Positions 11,535-24,809 of a stretch of 64,000 nucleotides of DNA are shown here, in pieces (position 1 is the first letter of the stretch; the number at the start of each line of letters is the position of its first letter). Where the stretch lies: contig JBMNJG010000011.1 of the NCBI GenBank assembly GCA_050951545.1, positions 320,001 through 384,000 on the forward strand, in the 5' to 3' direction. Made by a program: the position numbers and the translations under genes. The notes under the pieces are model-generated. The model was not told the DNA's origin. It did not search any database and saw only the letters and a list, made by a program, of their open reading frames with translations. The DNA is from Limnochordia bacterium. GTDB taxonomy: Bacteria; Bacillota; Limnochordia; DTU080.

Positions 11535-11984
11535 ATGGACGTCAGTATTGGCAATCTCAGATGGGATGCTCATGGTCTCATCCCGGCCATTGTTCAAGAC
11601 GCCGCATCAGGCCAAGTCTTGATGCTTGCCTATATGAATCGCGAGGCTTTGCAGCGCAGCCTGCAAAGCAAGGAGACCTGGTTTTTCAGTCGCAGCAGAG
11701 GCCGTCTGTGGCACAAGGGTGAGCAATCGGGCCATGTGCAGGAGATCGAGCGCATACACACTGATTGTGACCAGGATACACTTCTCGTACGGGTACGGCA
11801 AAAAGGTGCTGGTGCGTGTCACGAGGGGTTTGCCTCATGCTTTCACTATGCAGTGGAGCTCGTGGAGCAGGCGGTACAGATACGGCTAGACGAAACATCT
11901 CCACCCTCTTTCGACCCGGACATCGTATATGCTGAGCAGCCCGCGCAAGACGAGCCGTCATCCACAGGAAGAGTAGGGCGCTAG
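11535..11984 (+). CDS. hisI: Phosphoribosyl-AMP cyclohydrolase (no HisE domain)
   Basis: [40 protein letters not shown]. Confidence 0.95.
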   Translation: MDVSIGNLRWDAHGLIPAIVQDAASGQVLMLAYMNREALQRSLQSKETWFFSRSRGRLWHKGEQSGHVQEIERIHTDCDQDTLLVRVRQKGAGACHEGFASCFHYAVELVEQAVQIRLDETSPPSFDPDIVYAEQPAQDEPSSTGRVGR

Positions 11985-11989
11985 TAGTC

Positions 11990-13111
11990 ATGTGTCATCG
12001 TCGCTGGGCACTAATGGTGGTTTCATTGGTCTTTCTTCTTTGCGCACAGGTGGGCCACAGTGCTTCGTTGACCCGCGTAGCACCTCCGCCGCTCCCGAAG
12101 CCCAACCCTTCTTCGAGCCCTTCGCAGGGGGCTAGTGCAGAGAACTCTGGAGTGGCCATGGCAGCACCTGCGTCAGGTCGCTCCTCGGCAGGCCCTCCTC
12201 CTTCACCGCAGCTGTCAGCTGCGGCGGCCGTGCTGATGGAGGCGGAAACTGGCTCTGTTCTCTATGCCCTCAACCCGCATGTGCGCCGCGCACCTGCGAG
12301 TCTGACCAAGATTGTCACCGGATTGGTTGCCATAGACAAGGGTGATCTGAACTCCACGGTGGCAGTCACTGCCCATGCAGCAAGCAAACCGCCGACGAAG
12401 CTGGGCTTGCGCGCAGGTGATCGCATCCGTCTGTCGGACCTGCTTGCGGCGGCCCTGATGGGCAGCAGCAATGACGCAGCCACGGCTATCGCGGAGCACG
12501 TGGGTGGATCGGAAGCTGCATTCGCTCGGACTATGACCACCATGGCCCGCAAGCTAGGAGCTCGCAACAGCAGTTTTGCTAACGCCCATGGTCTAGATTC
12601 GTCCAAGCACTATAGCACTGCCTACGATATGGCGGTTCTCTCGGGCTGGGCACTGCGAGTGCCCGAGATCGCTCGTCTGGCTTCGCTGCAGAGAGTAAAT
12701 CTCTCGTGGCAGGGAGGGCAGCGGGAGCTATCTAACATCAACTCGTTCCTATGGCGCTACAGCGGGGCCGTGGGGCTCAAGACAGGATACACGAGTTCAG
12801 CTGGGTACTGTGTGTCTGTAGCTGCTCAGCAAGGCAAGCACAGGCTGATCGGTGTCGTTATGGGTTGTCCCAGCAGCGAAGCGCGCTGGAACGACGCTGT
12901 CGTGCTGATGGACTACGGTTTCGATCATTTCAATGAACTGATGACTGCTGCGAGAAAGTCCGAGACCTTCTATGTTGTGCAAAGGGGCGAAACGCTCTCG
13001 GGGATCGCGGCACGTTTTGGCACCACCGTGGATGTTCTTCTCAAACTCAACTCCAGCTTAAGGGGGAATGCCAATCTCATCAAGGTCGGGCAACAGCTGA
13101 TAGTGCCATGA
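11990..13111 (+). CDS. D-Ala-D-Ala carboxypeptidase (S11) with C-terminal LysM
   Basis: Signal peptide, Pro/Ser linker, ASLTK (SxxK), SSN, KTG; YVVQRGETLSGIAARFG LysM. Confidence 0.9.
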   Translation: MCHRRWALMVVSLVFLLCAQVGHSASLTRVAPPPLPKPNPSSSPSQGASAENSGVAMAAPASGRSSAGPPPSPQLSAAAAVLMEAETGSVLYALNPHVRRAPASLTKIVTGLVAIDKGDLNSTVAVTAHAASKPPTKLGLRAGDRIRLSDLLAAALMGSSNDAATAIAEHVGGSEAAFARTMTTMARKLGARNSSFANAHGLDSSKHYSTAYDMAVLSGWALRVPEIARLASLQRVNLSWQGGQRELSNINSFLWRYSGAVGLKTGYTSSAGYCVSVAAQQGKHRLIGVVMGCPSSEARWNDAVVLMDYGFDHFNELMTAARKSETFYVVQRGETLSGIAARFGTTVDVLLKLNSSLRGNANLIKVGQQLIVP

Positions 13112-13240
13112 GGCCTGAACGCCAGGCGACCGACACATGGAGTCAGGGAAGCCCTCTTGCGTGAGCGCAGGTGGTTAAGAAGGAGAAGGCGGAGTCGCAG
13201 AGAAGAATCAAGCCAGTGAATTGACAGAAGGGAAGTTGAG

Positions 13241-14605
13241 ATGGACGAGGCCAGCAGTACGTGGCAGCTAATGGCTGCTGCAGGGTTTGTCGTTGTGAAC
13301 GCGTTCTTCGTTGCTTCGGAGTACGCCATGGTGAAAGTGCAACCCGCGAGGTTGCGTGAGCTTGCTAGCTCGGGCAACCGCCGGGCCGCAGTTGCGTTGC
13401 ATATCACGGAGCGTCTTGGAACCACCATACCCACTACTCAGCTCGGCATCACAGTATCTTCCATTGCCTTAGGCTGGATCGGTGTGCCAGCACTGGCTCG
13501 AATTCTCGCTGCTCCATTCTCCTTTCTAGGCGGAGGCTTGTTCCTGGTACGCATTCTGTCAGGCATCATAGGTTTTCTGACGGTAAGCTTCTTGCACACC
13601 GTGCTCGGTGAGCTAGCTCCGAAGGCGATCTCCGTTCAGAGGGCAGAGGCGGTGGCGCTTTGGTGTGCTATCCCCCTCAACGCCTTCTGTCAGGTCAGTG
13701 CTCCTTTCAGCTGGCTGTTAAACCGATCGGCTGAGTGCTTGCTTGGGACTCTGGGTTTGCGTCCGCCCAGTGAGTTGGCCACTGTGGCCCACTCCGAAGA
13801 GGAAATCCGGATGATTGTCTCCTCAAGCCAAGAACAGGGAATCCTAGAAGAGCACGAGGTGGAACTGGTCGAGAACATCCTCGACTACACGGATCGTGTG
13901 GCGCGTGAGATCATGACGCCGCGCAACGATGTCCGCGTGCTATTCACCGACCAAAGCCTGGATGAGGCGATAGACATTATCCTGAGAGAGGGCTATGCTC
14001 GCTATCCGTTGTGTCGTGACGAGCGCGACCACGTGATAGGGGTAATCCATATGCGCGACATGTTCGCTGCGCACCTAGCCAAGCAAGAGAAGGAACTGGA
14101 GGAGATCGCCCGCGAGCCCCTGATCATTCCGGAGACGCTCCCCCTCAATCAGGTGCAGCAACGATTTCAGTTGTCCGGAACCCAGATGGCCGTGGTCTTG
14201 GATGAGTACGGGGCTTTTTCAGGGATAGTCACTTTCGAGGATCTTGTCGAAGAGGTCTTTGGGGAGTTCCGTGATGAGTTCGATCATGTCGAGCCCGAGA
14301 CGGTTTTGGCCATGGAGGATGGCCTCGAGCTAGACGCTGGCATGTTGGTGGAAGAGGCCTTTGAGGTGCTTGGGGTGGAAGGTCATGTTGAGTTTGAGGG
14401 CGTGGATACCGTCGGCGGGCTTGTCTTTAGCTTGCTGGGTGAGCGCCCTGAGGTAGGTGATGTGGTTACGGTTGACGGTCACCAGCTGAAGGTGGCGGCG
14501 GTCGAGGGATTACGCATCACGCGAGTAAAGGCCACGCCAACTCTCGAGGCTGGCAAGCTACCTGAAGCAGGGACTCACCCAGCGCGAGGCGTAGTAGCCT
14601 CCTAG
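13241..14605 (+). CDS. Hemolysin-family CNNM/CBS/CorC protein (Mg/Co transport related)
   Basis: NAFFVASEYAMV, QLGIT, GELAPK, CBS pair (YARYP, VLDEYG..EDLVEEVFGE), CorC domain. Confidence 0.92.
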   Translation: MDEASSTWQLMAAAGFVVVNAFFVASEYAMVKVQPARLRELASSGNRRAAVALHITERLGTTIPTTQLGITVSSIALGWIGVPALARILAAPFSFLGGGLFLVRILSGIIGFLTVSFLHTVLGELAPKAISVQRAEAVALWCAIPLNAFCQVSAPFSWLLNRSAECLLGTLGLRPPSELATVAHSEEEIRMIVSSSQEQGILEEHEVELVENILDYTDRVAREIMTPRNDVRVLFTDQSLDEAIDIILREGYARYPLCRDERDHVIGVIHMRDMFAAHLAKQEKELEEIAREPLIIPETLPLNQVQQRFQLSGTQMAVVLDEYGAFSGIVTFEDLVEEVFGEFRDEFDHVEPETVLAMEDGLELDAGMLVEEAFEVLGVEGHVEFEGVDTVGGLVFSLLGERPEVGDVVTVDGHQLKVAAVEGLRITRVKATPTLEAGKLPEAGTHPARGVVAS

Positions 14606-14619
14606 AGGGAGTGTAGCCT

Positions 14620-16844
14620 GTGCAGTGGCTTCAGGATTTGAATGAAGCGCAGAAGCGGGCCGTCACATATGGTGACGGCCCTTTACTGGTAATCGCCGGA
14701 GCTGGAACCGGGAAAACGAGGGTGCTCACCTACCGCATTGCCTATCTGCTGCGTGAGAAGGGAGTCGCCCCTTCGCACATCTTGGCTGTGACCTTCACAA
14801 ATAAGGCTGCCGCTGAGATGAAGGAGCGACTGCTGCAATTGGTAGGGCCTGTTGCTCATCAGGTGTGGGCGGGTACTTTCCACTCTGCTTGCGTGCAGAT
14901 TTTGCGTCGTCATGCGGAGATGATTGGTTACTCGAATCGGTTTAGCATATCCGACACCTCTGACCAAATAGCAGCTGTACGCCAGACGCTGAAAGAGCTG
15001 GATATGGATGCCAAGAAGTTCGACCCTCGCGCGGTGCTTAGCGCGATCAGTGCTGCTAAGAATGAGCTACTCGATGCGGAGGATTATGCCGATCGAGCGC
15101 ATGACTTTTGGGAACAGAACGTCGCTCGCGTCTATCCAGTGTACCAGCAGAAGCTGGAAAGCAGCGACAGCATGGATTTTGACGATCTGATCATGCACAC
15201 GGTGAGTTTGTTTGAGTGTCAGCCAGACGTACTTGAGCTCTATAGGGAGCGGCTGCACTACATTCTCGTGGATGAGTACCAAGACACCAACCATGCTCAG
15301 TATCGTCTGGTGAGACTCTTGGCTGGTGAGAACGGCAATCTGTGCGTGGTGGGCGATGCGGATCAGTCAATTTACCGTTTTCGCGGGGCCGATATTCGCA
15401 ACATCCTCTCTTTCTCGACCGATTACCCCACAGCCAAGATGGTGAAGCTCGAGAAGAACTACCGTTCCACTCGGAATATTCTTGATGCCGCTAACCATCT
15501 GATCAGCAACAACCTGGATAGGCCAGAGAAGAACCTCTATACCGATAATCCGGAGGGCGACCCCGTCTTCGTGCATCAGGTTGGGGACGGGCGCGATGAG
15601 GCGGCCTTTGTTGCTGATGAGATTGCTCGATGGCAGCGCAGTGGTCGGAGCCTAAACACGGTAGCGATCTTGTACCGCACACATGCGCAATCCCGTGGTT
15701 TCGAAGAGGAATTCGTGAAGAGGAACATGCCCTACCATATCGTTTCGGGTGTCCGCTTTTACGAACGTAGGGAGATCAAGGATATCCTGGCCTATCTGAG
15801 GGTGATGGCTAATCCTGGCGACAATCTCAGCCTTCGGCGGATTCTCAACGTTCCGAAGCGAGGCCTAGGTGACATCACGCAGGCGCGCCTGGATGATTTC
15901 GCGGCGAGGGAGGGGGTATCGCTCTATGAGGCCCTTGGACGGGCACAAGAGATAGAGCGAATCGGTGCGGCCACGCTGAACAAGGTGCTTGATTTGCGTC
16001 GGCTACTGGACAGACTCCTTCTTCTTCGCGAGGAGCAAAGCCTCACCGAACTGACGACGTCTATTCTGTGGGAGAGCGGCTACATACAGCAGCTACAGGC
16101 TGAGCGTACCCTCGAGTCTCAGGGTCGGCTAGAGAACCTGCAGGAGTTTCTGTCAGTGACGAAGCAGGCTGAGGAAGAGCAGTCCTCGTTGCACGAGGAT
16201 GCCTCAGAGCATGACATCCTCCTTGGTTTCTTGGAGAAAGTGGCCCTTATCTCCGATGTGGACGCTTACGAGGCGGCGAGTGACGCGGTCACCATGATGA
16301 CGTTGCACGCGGCAAAGGGTCTGGAGTTTCCAGTTGTCTTTATGGTAGGCATGGAGGAGGGTGTTTTTCCTCATAGCCGTGCGCTGACGGAATCGGGGGA
16401 GATGGAAGAGGAGCGCCGTCTGGCGTATGTCGGCATGACACGAGCGCAGGAACGTCTCTATCTCACCCATGCCAATGAACGTATGCTATATGGTCAGACC
16501 AAGCCCATGCTAGTGTCCCCTTTCGTAAAGGAGATTCCTGTCGAGCTAATTCGCGATCTCAGCAAGCGCCCAGACCGAGAGTTGGCTGCCGCGCACGAGC
16601 GGTTGCGTCGTGCGGGATTGGCGCAACCTGTGCCAGCTCGGTCTAGGCGGGAGAAGCGGGCAAGTGTCTCTCCAGGTGTCTCCCCGTCGCTGTTTGCTCT
16701 GGGTGAGCATGTGCTGCACAAGCATTTCGGTCAAGGCACCGTGGTTCAGGTCGAAGCGAGCAGCAATGATGTGGTCGTCACAGTGGCTTTTGAAGGTGCA
16801 GGCGTGAAGAAGCTCATGGCCAGTATGGCGCAGCTGCAGAAGGT

Positions 16845-16848
<4 letters not shown>
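14620..16848 (+). CDS. pcrA: ATP-dependent DNA helicase PcrA
   Basis: AGAGTGKT, TFTNKAA, DEYQDTN, GDADQSIYRFRGA, HAAKGLEFP, EERRLAYVGMTRA, C-terminal Tudor-like domain. Confidence 0.97.
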
Positions 16849-20210
<3,362 letters not shown>

Positions 20211-20263
20211 GCCCGCACCGTGTAGACCGACGAACAACAGGGTTCTTGTGGAGGGCTACCAAA

Positions 20264-20557
20264 ATGCAGGCGATTACATCCAAGGACATAGAGCATGTCG
20301 CACGGCTGGCGCGCCTTGGTCTGACGAAGGCTGAGGCCGAGGAGTATGCGGCGAAGTTGGCGAGTGTTCTGGTGTTTAGGGACAAGCTGGCCACATGCGA
20401 AACGCAGGACGTGGCGCCAACGTTTTATGCAGTGTCTGGCGAGAATGAGATGAGGGCAGACCAATGCCAGTCGTCTATGCCCCAAGAGCTGGTCTTGAAG
20501 CACGCGCCTGACCGATATGAGGACTTCTTCCGCGTGCCGCGCATGTTGGAGGATTAG
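20264..20557 (+). CDS. gatC: Asp/Glu-tRNA amidotransferase subunit C
   Basis: IEHVARLARL, MRAD, FRVPRML; synteny. Confidence 0.93.
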   Translation: MQAITSKDIEHVARLARLGLTKAEAEEYAAKLASVLVFRDKLATCETQDVAPTFYAVSGENEMRADQCQSSMPQELVLKHAPDRYEDFFRVPRMLED

Positions 20558-20559
20558 AG

Positions 20560-22047
20560 ATGGGGGAATGCGGTGTGGAACTCTGTGATAGGCCCGCCCA
20601 TGTGTTGCAGGCGTTGCTAGCGCGGCGAGAGGTAAGCGCGGCTGAGGTAACGCAGTCGGTCTTTTCGCGTATGGCATCCGATGAGGAGGCGCTACACTGT
20701 TACCTCGCGGTTGATCAGGATCGGGCACTAGCCTCTGCGAGAGAGATCGATCGACGGCGGCTGGCTGGCGAAGAGCTCTCCATGCTGGCGGGTATTCCGG
20801 TGGCCATCGCCGACAACATATGCACAAGGGAGCTGGCAACAACATGTGCTTCACGCATGTTGAAGGGATTTGTGCCACCGTATGATGCGACAGTCGTACA
20901 CCGTTTGCGGCAGGCCGGGTTGCCAGTTTTGGGCAAGACCAACATGGATGAGTTTGGTTGGGGCTGCTCTACAGAGGGATCGACTTGGGGACCCACGCGA
21001 CATCCGTGGGACAAGTCGTGTCTCCCTGGTGGAGCACACGGCGGCGCAGCGGCCGCCGTGGCGAGTGGTGAGGCGGTGCTCGCTCTGGCGAGTGATACAG
21101 GCGGATCGTTACGCCAGCCAGCTGCACTATGCGGGGTGGTAGGGCTTAGGCCCACCTATGGGCGTGTTTCGCGCTATGGGTTAGTGGCCACCGCTTCCTC
21201 TCTTGACCAGGTAGGGCCCATCACTCGTGATGTGCGAGACTGTGCTTTGATGCTGAACGTGTTGGCTGGGGCAGACCCCTTGGATCCCACGTCGCAAGGC
21301 GAGGATGTACCCGATTTTGCGCGTGCTCTGGAGGCTGGCGTTCGGGGGTTGGTGGTCGGGTTGCCACGGGAGTACTTCGGTGAGGGTGTCGATTCGCAAG
21401 TCGCGGCGCTGGTTCTTCAGGCAGCGAGGCAGCTTGAGAACTGTGGTGCTCGTCTAGAAGAGGTCACGCTGCCAGCGCCCGAGGAAGCCCTAGCCGCCTA
21501 CGGAGTGATTCTTGCCGCCGAGTTCAGCTCAAGTCTGGCGCGCTTTGATGGGGTTCGCTATGGACACCGTAGCCCAAAGGCGCCCGACAGCTTCAGTATG
21601 TTTAGTAACACCCGCGCAGAGGCCTTTGGGCCGGGGGTAAAGCAGGCTATCCTTATGGGTACCTATGTCTTGTCAGCTGGGCAGTATGAGAGCTACTACC
21701 TCAAGGCGGCCCAGGTTCGCACACTGATCATGAGGGCATTCACCGCAGCTTTCAATCATTGCGACTTGCTTCTCACGCCGACTTCACCGACAGTTGCCTG
21801 TAGGGAAAACAGAGCGACGGATGATCTGTACCACATGCATCGACCACACTCTTGCACGCTGGCAGCCACCCTGGCCGGATTGCCAGCAATCAGCCTTCCG
21901 TGCGGTGTAGTAGAGGGCTTGCCAGTGGGGCTTCAGTTGGTCGGTCCACGTCTGCACGAAGAGCGCCTGTTCGCTGCTGCCTACGCCTTTGAGCAGACGG
22001 CCGGAATAGCGCCTCTGTACCCGGAAGGGAGGTCTTCTCGTGGATGA
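20560..22047 (+). CDS. gatA: Asp/Glu-tRNA amidotransferase subunit A (catalytic residues substituted)
   Basis: GKTNMDEF, SDTGGSLRQPA, RVSRYGL, SSLDQVGP, LARFDGVRYG; lies between gatC and gatB. Confidence 0.95.
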   Translation: MGECGVELCDRPAHVLQALLARREVSAAEVTQSVFSRMASDEEALHCYLAVDQDRALASAREIDRRRLAGEELSMLAGIPVAIADNICTRELATTCASRMLKGFVPPYDATVVHRLRQAGLPVLGKTNMDEFGWGCSTEGSTWGPTRHPWDKSCLPGGAHGGAAAAVASGEAVLALASDTGGSLRQPAALCGVVGLRPTYGRVSRYGLVATASSLDQVGPITRDVRDCALMLNVLAGADPLDPTSQGEDVPDFARALEAGVRGLVVGLPREYFGEGVDSQVAALVLQAARQLENCGARLEEVTLPAPEEALAAYGVILAAEFSSSLARFDGVRYGHRSPKAPDSFSMFSNTRAEAFGPGVKQAILMGTYVLSAGQYESYYLKAAQVRTLIMRAFTAAFNHCDLLLTPTSPTVACRENRATDDLYHMHRPHSCTLAATLAGLPAISLPCGVVEGLPVGLQLVGPRLHEERLFAAAYAFEQTAGIAPLYPEGRSSRG

Positions 22048-23527
22048 TACACCGTTTGAGGTGATCGTGGGTCTCGAAGTTCACGCAGAACTGCTTACAG
22101 AGTCAAAGATATTCTGCGGTTGTTCGACGGCCTTTGGAGCCACGCCAAATACGCAGGTATGCCCTGTTTGCTTGGGCCTGCCAGGTACGTTACCAGTGCT
22201 CAACGAAAAGGCCGTTGAGTATGCCGCGAAAGCAGGTCTGGCTCTGGGGTGTGCCATTTCCTTGGTCAGCCGGTTCGATCGTAAGCAGTATTTCTATCCG
22301 GACCTTCCCAAGGCTTACCAGGTCTCGCAGTTTGATCGTCCCCTGTGTACAGACGGACGCGTGGAGTTCATGCTTGGCGGTGAGCTGCATGTAGTCAGGA
22401 TCATGCGGGTGCATATGGAAGAAGAGGCTGGTAAGTCTGTCCACTCCAGCGATAGCTTGCGCGACTCGCAGTACTCGCTTATCGACTACAATCGTGGTGG
22501 ACTAGCACTCATTGAGATCGTCACCCACCCCGACATGCATTCGGGTGACGAAGCCAGGCTCTTTATGGAGCGCCTGCACACTCTGCTGCGCTATATCGAG
22601 GTGTCAGATTGCAGGATGCAGGAAGGATCTCTGCGTTGCGATGCCAATGTCAACCTGAAGATCCTCTCCGGAGAGCAACCGATTCGTACCCCTATTGTGG
22701 AGATCAAGAATCTGAACTCCTTAAGAGCCTTGGAGCGAGCGATTGACTACGAGGCGCAGCGTCAGTACCATGAGTACCTTGATGGTTCGTGGCACCCCGG
22801 CATGCCATCTGGGAAGGTGACGGCGGGGTGGAATGATATCGAGAGTCGCACCTATGTGCAGCGTGAGAAAGAACACGCCGACGATTACCGTTACTTCCCT
22901 GACCCTGATATTCTACCGGTCGTAGTGCGCGAAGGGCAGGTAGAGGCGTGGCGCAGGCAGCTGCCCGAGCTGCCTGCAGCGCGCGAAGCTCGTTTCATAA
23001 GTGAGTATGACCTTCCCGCATATGATGCTGCAGTGCTTACAGCCTCTCGTCCCATCGCTGACTTCTTTGAGGCAGTGGTCGAGCAGTGTCATGACAGCAA
23101 GATGGTCAGTAACTGGATCATGGGCGAGTTGCTTCGGTTGCTCAAGGAGGCGGAAGACGACTCGGAGCATGCTCTTCTCTCGGCCCCCATCACCGCTGCA
23201 GGCTTGGCGCAGTTGCTGCTCATGGTCAAGGAGGGGCGCATTAACGCCAACAGCGGTAAAGAGGTCTTAGAGGTCATGTACCGCACTGGTCGTACGGCTG
23301 AGGACATTGTGCATGAACGTGGCCTAGAACAGATTAGCGACACCGATAAGCTAGATCGCTTAGTCGCAGAGGTCATCGACAAGCATCCTGAGGTGGTAAC
23401 TGAGATCAAGGGCGGGAAGGTAACGGCTATCGGCTTTCTCGTGGGTCAGGTGATGAAGGCGACCCGTGGTCAGGCCAATCCAAAATTGGTCAATCAGTCG
23501 TTGCGGGACCGACTGGGCGTGGATTAG
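22040..23527 (+). CDS. gatB: Asp/Glu-tRNA amidotransferase subunit B
   Basis: GLEVHAEL, YFYPDLPK, EGSLRCDANV, EIKNLNS, DYRYFPDPD, GQVMKATRGQANP. Confidence 0.98.
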   Translation: MDDTPFEVIVGLEVHAELLTESKIFCGCSTAFGATPNTQVCPVCLGLPGTLPVLNEKAVEYAAKAGLALGCAISLVSRFDRKQYFYPDLPKAYQVSQFDRPLCTDGRVEFMLGGELHVVRIMRVHMEEEAGKSVHSSDSLRDSQYSLIDYNRGGLALIEIVTHPDMHSGDEARLFMERLHTLLRYIEVSDCRMQEGSLRCDANVNLKILSGEQPIRTPIVEIKNLNSLRALERAIDYEAQRQYHEYLDGSWHPGMPSGKVTAGWNDIESRTYVQREKEHADDYRYFPDPDILPVVVREGQVEAWRRQLPELPAAREARFISEYDLPAYDAAVLTASRPIADFFEAVVEQCHDSKMVSNWIMGELLRLLKEAEDDSEHALLSAPITAAGLAQLLLMVKEGRINANSGKEVLEVMYRTGRTAEDIVHERGLEQISDTDKLDRLVAEVIDKHPEVVTEIKGGKVTAIGFLVGQVMKATRGQANPKLVNQSLRDRLGVD

Positions 23528-23537
23528 GAGCTGGGGA

Positions 23538-24395
23538 ATGTATGGCGAGCTACTGCGGATAGGGCCCATTGCCCTCTATAAGTATGGGACCGCGTTGGCC
23601 GCGGCTTTTCTGGTTGGCGCATGTTTGGCGATGTCGGAGGCTCGGCGCCGCAGGCTGGACACGACAGTCATCGTTGAGCTAGTGGTGCATCTGATGGTGT
23701 TGGGCCTGATTAGCGGTAGAGTGGGCTACATCCTCCCAGACTTGGGTTTTTACCTAACCCATCCGAGTGAGTTTTTCAGGGTGTCGGCCGGTGGGCTGAG
23801 CTATGTTACCGCGTTTGTGGTGGCTGTTGGCTACACTCGTTTCTACGCGAAGCGTCGTGGGCTGCGTTTCTGGGAGCTGCTAGATATATTGGCTCCGGGT
23901 CTAGCCGCCGGGCTGATCATTGGGTCGCTAGGAGCCGTGGAGTGGCAGCCGGCGAAAGGCGCCGTGCATCTAGGCCCTATCTACTGGTCGCCACCGGTAC
24001 TGCTCTTTTTCACCATCGAATACGCTGGGTGTTGGTACATCATGGCGTCGCGACGTCGTCTGCCCGAAGGGCGACGCTTCTGCCAGATTGTGGCCGTGGA
24101 TGCTCTGGCTCGGATGCTGAGTAGTCTATGGGCCTGGATCCTCTATGAAGAGTTCTTGCCGCACGCTTTGTCGACGCTTGTGGGCGCGGTGTTTCTTGTT
24201 GGGGCGTTGGTGTTCGGGCAGATGCTCACCTTTCACCACAGCGGGTTACTGGAGAGTGCGGCGGCAGGTGAGATGACGCAGGCGCGGCGACCCCGCAAGC
24301 GGAGGCTGCCCGCGCGTCAGCGCGCAGTGCTTGCCGCCACTTGGCTAGGCTTTTATCTGCTTTTGGTCGGCTTGCTAGGTCGGACGCCGATGTAG
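23538..24395 (+). CDS. Lgt-like membrane protein (divergent)
   Basis: LRIGPIALYKYG, GRVGYI, GGLSY and LLDILAPGLA resemble the Lgt N-half; the conserved HGG and GRxGN motifs are absent. Confidence 0.6.
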   Translation: MYGELLRIGPIALYKYGTALAAAFLVGACLAMSEARRRRLDTTVIVELVVHLMVLGLISGRVGYILPDLGFYLTHPSEFFRVSAGGLSYVTAFVVAVGYTRFYAKRRGLRFWELLDILAPGLAAGLIIGSLGAVEWQPAKGAVHLGPIYWSPPVLLFFTIEYAGCWYIMASRRRLPEGRRFCQIVAVDALARMLSSLWAWILYEEFLPHALSTLVGAVFLVGALVFGQMLTFHHSGLLESAAAGEMTQARRPRKRRLPARQRAVLAATWLGFYLLLVGLLGRTPM

Positions 24396-24462
24396 ATGCC
24401 AGCCCAGCTGCTTGGGGGCCACGCAAGAAACTGCGGCAATCTTCCTGCGGTCGCTTGGGTTG

Positions 24463-24585
24463 GTGGTAAGAACCTAGCGATGCGGTCTTCGCGAAGCCCT
24501 TTTTGCTCATTTTGGTCGCCCGAAGGGCTTTTTTCACCGCCTAAGGGCACACTTTCCCGCCTTGATTTCGCTTCTGGGGCTACCG
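24463..24585. repeat. Partial, more diverged copy of the 406-bp repeat
   Basis: GTGGTAA..AGCGATGCGG(T/C)CTTCGCGAAGCCCTTTTTGCTCATTTTG..CGCCCGAAGGGCT..CTTTCCCG..CTTCTGGGGCTACCG aligns to the middle of the units; offset 472 from unit 1. Confidence 0.9.
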
Positions 24586-24809
24586 TGGATACGCTTCACT
24601 TCGGCCCTACCAAAATGGCCTAGAAAGCTCACGGTAAGCTAGGCCGGTAAAACAGCGCGCTCACCAAAAACCTGCCATCGATCCAGGCCCCAAGCTGCGG
24701 GCCATGGATTCTGATGGACAACTCCTCCATGAGTTGCCCACAGACTCCACAGCCCCGACCAAAGACATCCATTGATTCATTTATTCGTTGTTTCTGGCTG
24801 TTATCTAGT

